A stretch of 29,972 nucleotides of DNA from a virus (lineage: Duplodnaviria > Caudoviricetes). This document shows, piece by piece, positions 25,670-29,972 of this stretch. The position numbers and the translations under genes were made by a program. The stretch covers positions 1 through 29,972 of IMG/VR virus record IMGVR_UViG_3300031519_000147; one strand, 5' to 3'. Numbering within the stretch: the stretch's first letter is position 1; every line of letters begins with the position of its first letter. The notes beneath the pieces are model-generated. The model searched no databases. It was given only the letters and a program-made list of their open reading frames with translations, and had not been told where the DNA came from.

Positions 25670-28090
25670 CTATCTAGGATCAAACGCATCTAAATCAAAC
25701 CCTCCACCCATAGTATCATTACTTGATGACTCAAAGTTTTTAGGTGCTTTACCGTTATTTCTTTGGTCAATCATTTCACTTTGTTGAGTTGCTTGAATTT
25801 TAGTTCTTTGATCTTTCCTATCTTCTTTTTCTTTTTCTTTATTGTTGGTTGTTTGGTTTTCCATGGTCTTTAACTGCATGTTCATGTTAAACTCCATTTG
25901 CATCAACTCTTTTTTATACATAACCTCTTGCTCCATTTTAGCAGCTTCAAGTTGAGATTTCATTTGCTCTAATTGAGTTACTGACTGTAGTTTTGCTTGC
26001 TCTTTTTGAATTTCCATTTGAGCAGCAGACTGTTGAGCTTGTATGTTTGCTTGTGATTGTGCTTGTATATTTTGTTGTTGTATTTGCTGGTCTTTAGCTT
26101 GTTTTTTCTTTCTACGTATTTTTAAAAGCTGATTAGCTAGTTTAACGTTTTTAATTTCTCTAAGGTCAATAGCATCTTCTAGCTCTATGCTTTCTTTAGA
26201 TAACGCTACTTGTATATTGTTTTCTAGCATTTGCTTCTCTTCATCATCTGGAGTCAATTCTATAAATATACCAAAATCATACAAATAAAGCTCTTTAATT
26301 TCTTCTAAAGTAGCAACGTTATGTCTACCTATAGCTTGAATAAAAGCTTTTTTGGTAGGTGAGTACTCTAGTATATCTGATATTCTTAATGACAGAGCTT
26401 CTGCAACTTCTGATGTTAAAAACAAACCAGACTGTAGTATGTGTCTTGTTGCTGTGTTAGAGTTTGCTGCTGCTAGTTTTTGCACTCCAACTAAAGCATT
26501 TTTGTCAGGAGTACTACCGTCTCTCGCTTCGTTAAGCCCAGTGGTGTCTCTTATCATTTGTAAATAGTAATTATATGTACCAATGAGACTTTGCATTTTT
26601 TGACCACCAGAACCTGATTGTATTTCTTGTATTGGAACTTTACCTGGATTCTGATCACCTTCAGAAGTAAAAGATCTACCTATAACAGATCCTGTTTGAA
26701 AAAACATGTTTAATGCTTCTTGAGGGTTGTAGTTTGTGCCATTGCCTAAATCTATTTCAGCTAAACCATCAGCGTCTAAGTAAATACCATCTGGAACCAT
26801 ACGAGATAATACTTGTTGTAGTTTTAGGTGGGTTAACTGTATCATATCGGCAAAACCTGTTATACGACCTACCAAAGATTCTATCCTACCCTTGTACATT
26901 CTTGGAGCAACTAAACTATAGTTCATTTTGACTTTGGTAAAATCACTTTTAGGTCTTACCATGTTTTTAGCTAGCTCCCATTGTAATATTTTATCAGTAC
27001 CAAGTATAACAGCGCCATCGTATAAAACTTCTACTCTTCTTGATAGCTTTTCAAAAGACTCTGTGTCTTCAGGTGGGTTAAACTTATCATTTTTTTCAAT
27101 AGCTTTAGAAGCTCCACTACCAGTTGTTTTTATTTTATATACCTCATTATTATAAGTTTTGTAATTAAAATATAATACTTGAACTTTATTGCTATCTTCT
27201 TCTTTTAAATTGTTTCCTGTTTGATTGTAATTTTGCTGATTAAAATTTTTATTACTAATAATATCATTTAACTCACTTGTTGATAAATTTGGAAACTGTT
27301 TTATTAACTCATTTATAGGTATAGTTTTTACTTCGCCAATATAGTATATGTCATCAAAATAAGGCGACTCTGTGTAAGAGTAAACTAAATCTGTAGGGTC
27401 AACATATTTAATTGTAACACCTTCATGTGTGTTAAAACTAGTTTTTACAGCGCCTATACCTAAAACAGTTAGATCGTAAAAAAATCTCTTTTTTGTTAAC
27501 TCGTACCTGTTACCGTCCATTAAAGTGTTTATAGCAGACTCTTCTGCTACTTCAATAGATTGTTTGTAGGTTAACTGCATGTGAAGAGCTAGTTCCTCTT
27601 CTGACTCTGGTAAAATATCTGGGTTGTTTTTTCTTAACTCAACACCTAAAGTGCCTAAAGCAAGCTCTGCAATGTTTTTGATTTTCATGTCGTCTAGTAT
27701 AGATTTCATGTAGTCTGTTCTTTTTGCTAGTCCATTTGGATCTTGAGAATATGCTTTTATATCATAAGTTCTTTCTGCAATACCATTAACTACTATATCA
27801 ACAAACTTAGGTATTACAGGTACTGGTTTCCAGTCTAAATTAAGATAGGACAAATCACCGTTTATAGATAACTCGTCCTTGTATTTTTGTATAGACTGCT
27901 CACCTCTAGCGTACAATCTTAAGTTGTGAAAATTATTGTTATTAGTTCTATATTTATTAGAACCTCTATCGGCATGAAACCACTCGTGCTGAATAGCTTT
28001 TGCTACCTTTAAACCATATTCACTTGAATTTTTTTCGCTATCGCTTACAACTTGTGAAGGAAAATAACTTTTTATAACAGACTCTGCCAT
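25670..28090 (-). CDS. Portal protein
   Basis: 806 aa directly after the terminase, with LRLYARGEQ, IPKFVDIVVNG and TGLNEARDGS blocks and a long Gln-rich C-terminal coiled coil. Confidence 0.88.
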   Translation of the reverse strand: MAESVIKSYFPSQVVSDSEKNSSEYGLKVAKAIQHEWFHADRGSNKYRTNNNNFHNLRLYARGEQSIQKYKDELSINGDLSYLNLDWKPVPVIPKFVDIVVNGIAERTYDIKAYSQDPNGLAKRTDYMKSILDDMKIKNIAELALGTLGVELRKNNPDILPESEEELALHMQLTYKQSIEVAEESAINTLMDGNRYELTKKRFFYDLTVLGIGAVKTSFNTHEGVTIKYVDPTDLVYSYTESPYFDDIYYIGEVKTIPINELIKQFPNLSTSELNDIISNKNFNQQNYNQTGNNLKEEDSNKVQVLYFNYKTYNNEVYKIKTTGSGASKAIEKNDKFNPPEDTESFEKLSRRVEVLYDGAVILGTDKILQWELAKNMVRPKSDFTKVKMNYSLVAPRMYKGRIESLVGRITGFADMIQLTHLKLQQVLSRMVPDGIYLDADGLAEIDLGNGTNYNPQEALNMFFQTGSVIGRSFTSEGDQNPGKVPIQEIQSGSGGQKMQSLIGTYNYYLQMIRDTTGLNEARDGSTPDKNALVGVQKLAAANSNTATRHILQSGLFLTSEVAEALSLRISDILEYSPTKKAFIQAIGRHNVATLEEIKELYLYDFGIFIELTPDDEEKQMLENNIQVALSKESIELEDAIDLREIKNVKLANQLLKIRRKKKQAKDQQIQQQNIQAQSQANIQAQQSAAQMEIQKEQAKLQSVTQLEQMKSQLEAAKMEQEVMYKKELMQMEFNMNMQLKTMENQTTNNKEKEKEDRKDQRTKIQATQQSEMIDQRNNGKAPKNFESSSNDTMGGGFDLDAFDPR

Positions 28091-28092
28091 AT

Positions 28093-29972
28093 TTATTCTT
28101 TAATTAATTTAGATGTGTTGCCTTTGTTTGAGTATTTAGCAAAACTTATGTTTACTTTAGATTTTTGTACTGGGGCATTTGGTCTGTAAAGGTGTCGGTT
28201 GCAAGCCATAATAGCTAATCCTGAACTTATAGCTGCATCAAATTTTGTTCTTTTGTTTATATCAAATCTAGCCCAGTCATTAAGAAGCGTGTTAAAATAT
28301 GTGTCCCCATAACTACCATCTTGCTTTAAGCCAACATGATCCTGTATGTACATTTCAATAGCCGCAGCATGAGCTTGCTTTATGTCTTCACTTGAATTAG
28401 GTATACCACCAACCTCTTTTTCAGCTACAGACAACTTGTTCCATACTTTATCTGGTCTGTTCATACTAAAACCTCTGTAACCACGTCTTCTAAAATAATA
28501 CAATAGACGAGGTTTATTATTCTCTGCTAGTATAGGCATTCCATAAAACACACAAGCCATTAGAACGTCTTCAAAGAATATCTCTGCTGTTTGTGGTCTT
28601 GCTAGGTATTCTAAAAATATCATATTTGAAGGAGCTTCTTCCATGCTAAACTTAGTTAAACCGTGCAAAGCTCCTTTTGATCCTTCACCATCAACCGTAC
28701 CTGATATATCGTAAGAGTCACAACCAAAAGCACCCATATGTTCGTTACCAGGGTATTTAACACCGTTCTTTATTATAACGTTGTTTTGTAATTGCATTTT
28801 AGGTGTCCAGCTTACTTTAAACCTACCTTGCTTGCTTGGGTAAAATATAACTTGAGAATCTTTCTCTCCATTAACCCATTGGAAATTACCTTTAGTTATA
28901 GGTATTGTTGTAGACATGTCTTCGTTGTAGTCTATCTGCTCGTATATTTTTGTTAAATTAAATATACTGTTTTTAGCTTCATCTCTAAAAGCATGTTCAG
29001 TAGTTCTAGGAAACTGTCTGTAAAATTCATTTAAAGCATCAGCATCACTTTTAAGACCATCAGCTTCATTTTGCCAGTTCTCTATAACACCAATGTCTAT
29101 TAACTCTCCATGTGGGTCGAAGACATCATGATCTGGATTATCGAATACTGGAATTCCGTGTTCATCAATAAATCCTTCGTAGTTCCACTCCATTGGGATA
29201 AAAAGAGAATATAAACCAGACGCTGTCTGTCCATTACGATTTCTTTTTGTAACGTCTGAAGCATTGTATAGTTTTTTAAAGTTATCACCTCCTTTATCTA
29301 AAGCGTTAGATGTTGATCCCATCATACACTTACCTATGATCCTACTACCTAATCGTAAACAAGTTTTTGTAACTCTCCAATTGTTTAATATATTGTCTGG
29401 TCTTTCCCACTTACCACTTTCATCATGTACTAGTAGTTGTAGTTTTTCACCGTCATAGCTATTGTCACCTGTATTTTTCCAGTCTATAGTTGTATCTAGT
29501 CCTTGTATGTCTTCAAGCTTTTCGTTTGTTGTGATCTTCTTTCTAGTAAACTTAGACGCAGGTACTCTATAAGCGAGTTCTGATTTAGGCCGATCCATAC
29601 CATCTTGAACAGGACTAAAGAAAAACGGGTAGTTAATTGATATAGGTACAACTTTGTCGGTAAACATTTTCTTAGCATCAGCTCCTGTTTTAGATAATAT
29701 ACCAAATCTTGAATCTGTTGAAATCGTTGCTTGATTGACAGTCTCAGCAGAGGACATAAAAGAAAATCCAGATCTTCTGTTTTTAAGATAGCACATACCG
29801 TAGCATCTCTTATCCGCTTTACACGCTTCCCAGAATATAAAGAACAATCTATTTGCTTCCCTAAAATCTGGCGCACCTACATCAATTTTACTCCACTGGA
29901 GATACATGTAGTGAGTACCAGTAATGTAGGTATCCTTCCCATTATTATTGAACCAAAAGCCGTCATCTCTTC
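28093..29972 (-). CDS. terL: Terminase large subunit (partial, 5' end beyond window)
   Basis: The frame stays open from the ORF-track Met at 29907 to the window edge (RDDGFWFNNNGKDTYITGTHYMYLQW). Motifs: Walker A-like KNRRSGFS, Walker B LLVHDESGK, coupling motif GST, and RNase H-like nuclease FGCDSYD...ENN...FD. Confidence 0.92.
   Translation of the reverse strand, partial: RDDGFWFNNNGKDTYITGTHYMYLQWSKIDVGAPDFREANRLFFIFWEACKADKRCYGMCYLKNRRSGFSFMSSAETVNQATISTDSRFGILSKTGADAKKMFTDKVVPISINYPFFFSPVQDGMDRPKSELAYRVPASKFTRKKITTNEKLEDIQGLDTTIDWKNTGDNSYDGEKLQLLVHDESGKWERPDNILNNWRVTKTCLRLGSRIIGKCMMGSTSNALDKGGDNFKKLYNASDVTKRNRNGQTASGLYSLFIPMEWNYEGFIDEHGIPVFDNPDHDVFDPHGELIDIGVIENWQNEADGLKSDADALNEFYRQFPRTTEHAFRDEAKNSIFNLTKIYEQIDYNEDMSTTIPITKGNFQWVNGEKDSQVIFYPSKQGRFKVSWTPKMQLQNNVIIKNGVKYPGNEHMGAFGCDSYDISGTVDGEGSKGALHGLTKFSMEEAPSNMIFLEYLARPQTAEIFFEDVLMACVFYGMPILAENNKPRLLYYFRRRGYRGFSMNRPDKVWNKLSVAEKEVGGIPNSSEDIKQAHAAAIEMYIQDHVGLKQDGSYGDTYFNTLLNDWARFDINKRTKFDAAISSGLAIMACNRHLYRPNAPVQKSKVNISFAKYSNKGNTSKLIKE

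Noticed and set aside
25900-26110. Gln-rich low-complexity tract in the portal as a repeat element
   Set aside because: It is explained by the C-terminal coiled coil usual in podoviral portals, and there is no exact DNA tandem repeat.
462-29458. Plus-strand ORFs in the track (e.g. 2544-3110, 4212-4871, 12189-12554, 13286-13636)
   Set aside because: All lie antisense within long minus-strand genes, have shadow-frame Leu/Ser/Phe-rich composition and show no recognisable motifs.
29100-29876. Same-strand alternative-frame ORFs inside the terminase (29496-29876, 29100-29288), and similarly 16939-17178 in the stabilization gene
   Set aside because: They are fully nested in conserved genes with no motifs or initiation signals, consistent with chance open frames.
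425-29972. Genome-wide stop-codon reassignment as in some gut crAss-like phages
   Set aside because: The standard code gives near-complete coding density with very long ORFs, and TAG acts as a normal stop at 10408, 20180 and 25670.
23028-29972. Introns or inteins in terminase, portal or capsid genes
   Set aside because: The visible ORFs are uninterrupted, with no intein splice motifs or homing-endonuclease signatures seen.
1-29972. tRNA genes, CRISPR arrays, or DGR template/variable repeat pairs
   Set aside because: Intergenic gaps are all under about 75 nt, and I saw no cloverleaf, spaced direct repeats or long near-identical DNA repeats by eye. A self-dotplot would be needed to exclude them fully.

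Overview
This AT-rich window is a continuous minus-strand virion module of a podovirus-type tailed phage of the broad crAss-like / Bacteroidota-infecting lineage. Reading from the right end, it encodes a large terminase (5' truncated), portal, probable scaffold, major capsid protein, a conserved post-capsid protein, two tail/adaptor ring proteins and a 2370-aa tail stabilization (muzzle-like) protein. These are followed by two accessory tail proteins, two probable ejection proteins, a 2896-aa giant probable ejection protein and a signal-peptide protein (3' truncated). The main candidate novelty is the 2896-aa protein. It shows no recognisable crAss-type RNA-polymerase catalytic motif. Instead it reads as a polyprotein with a zincin HExxH peptidase motif, a sigma70 region-2-like segment and a complete HAD phosphatase motif set, separated by recurring [YK]S[KR]T linkers. 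Other observations are SprB-like repeats on the tail protein, a small beta module inserted repeatedly in tail genes, a duplicated 25-nt AT-only leader and two cUUCGg hairpins. All assignments come from manual motif reading and gene order; no database search was run.
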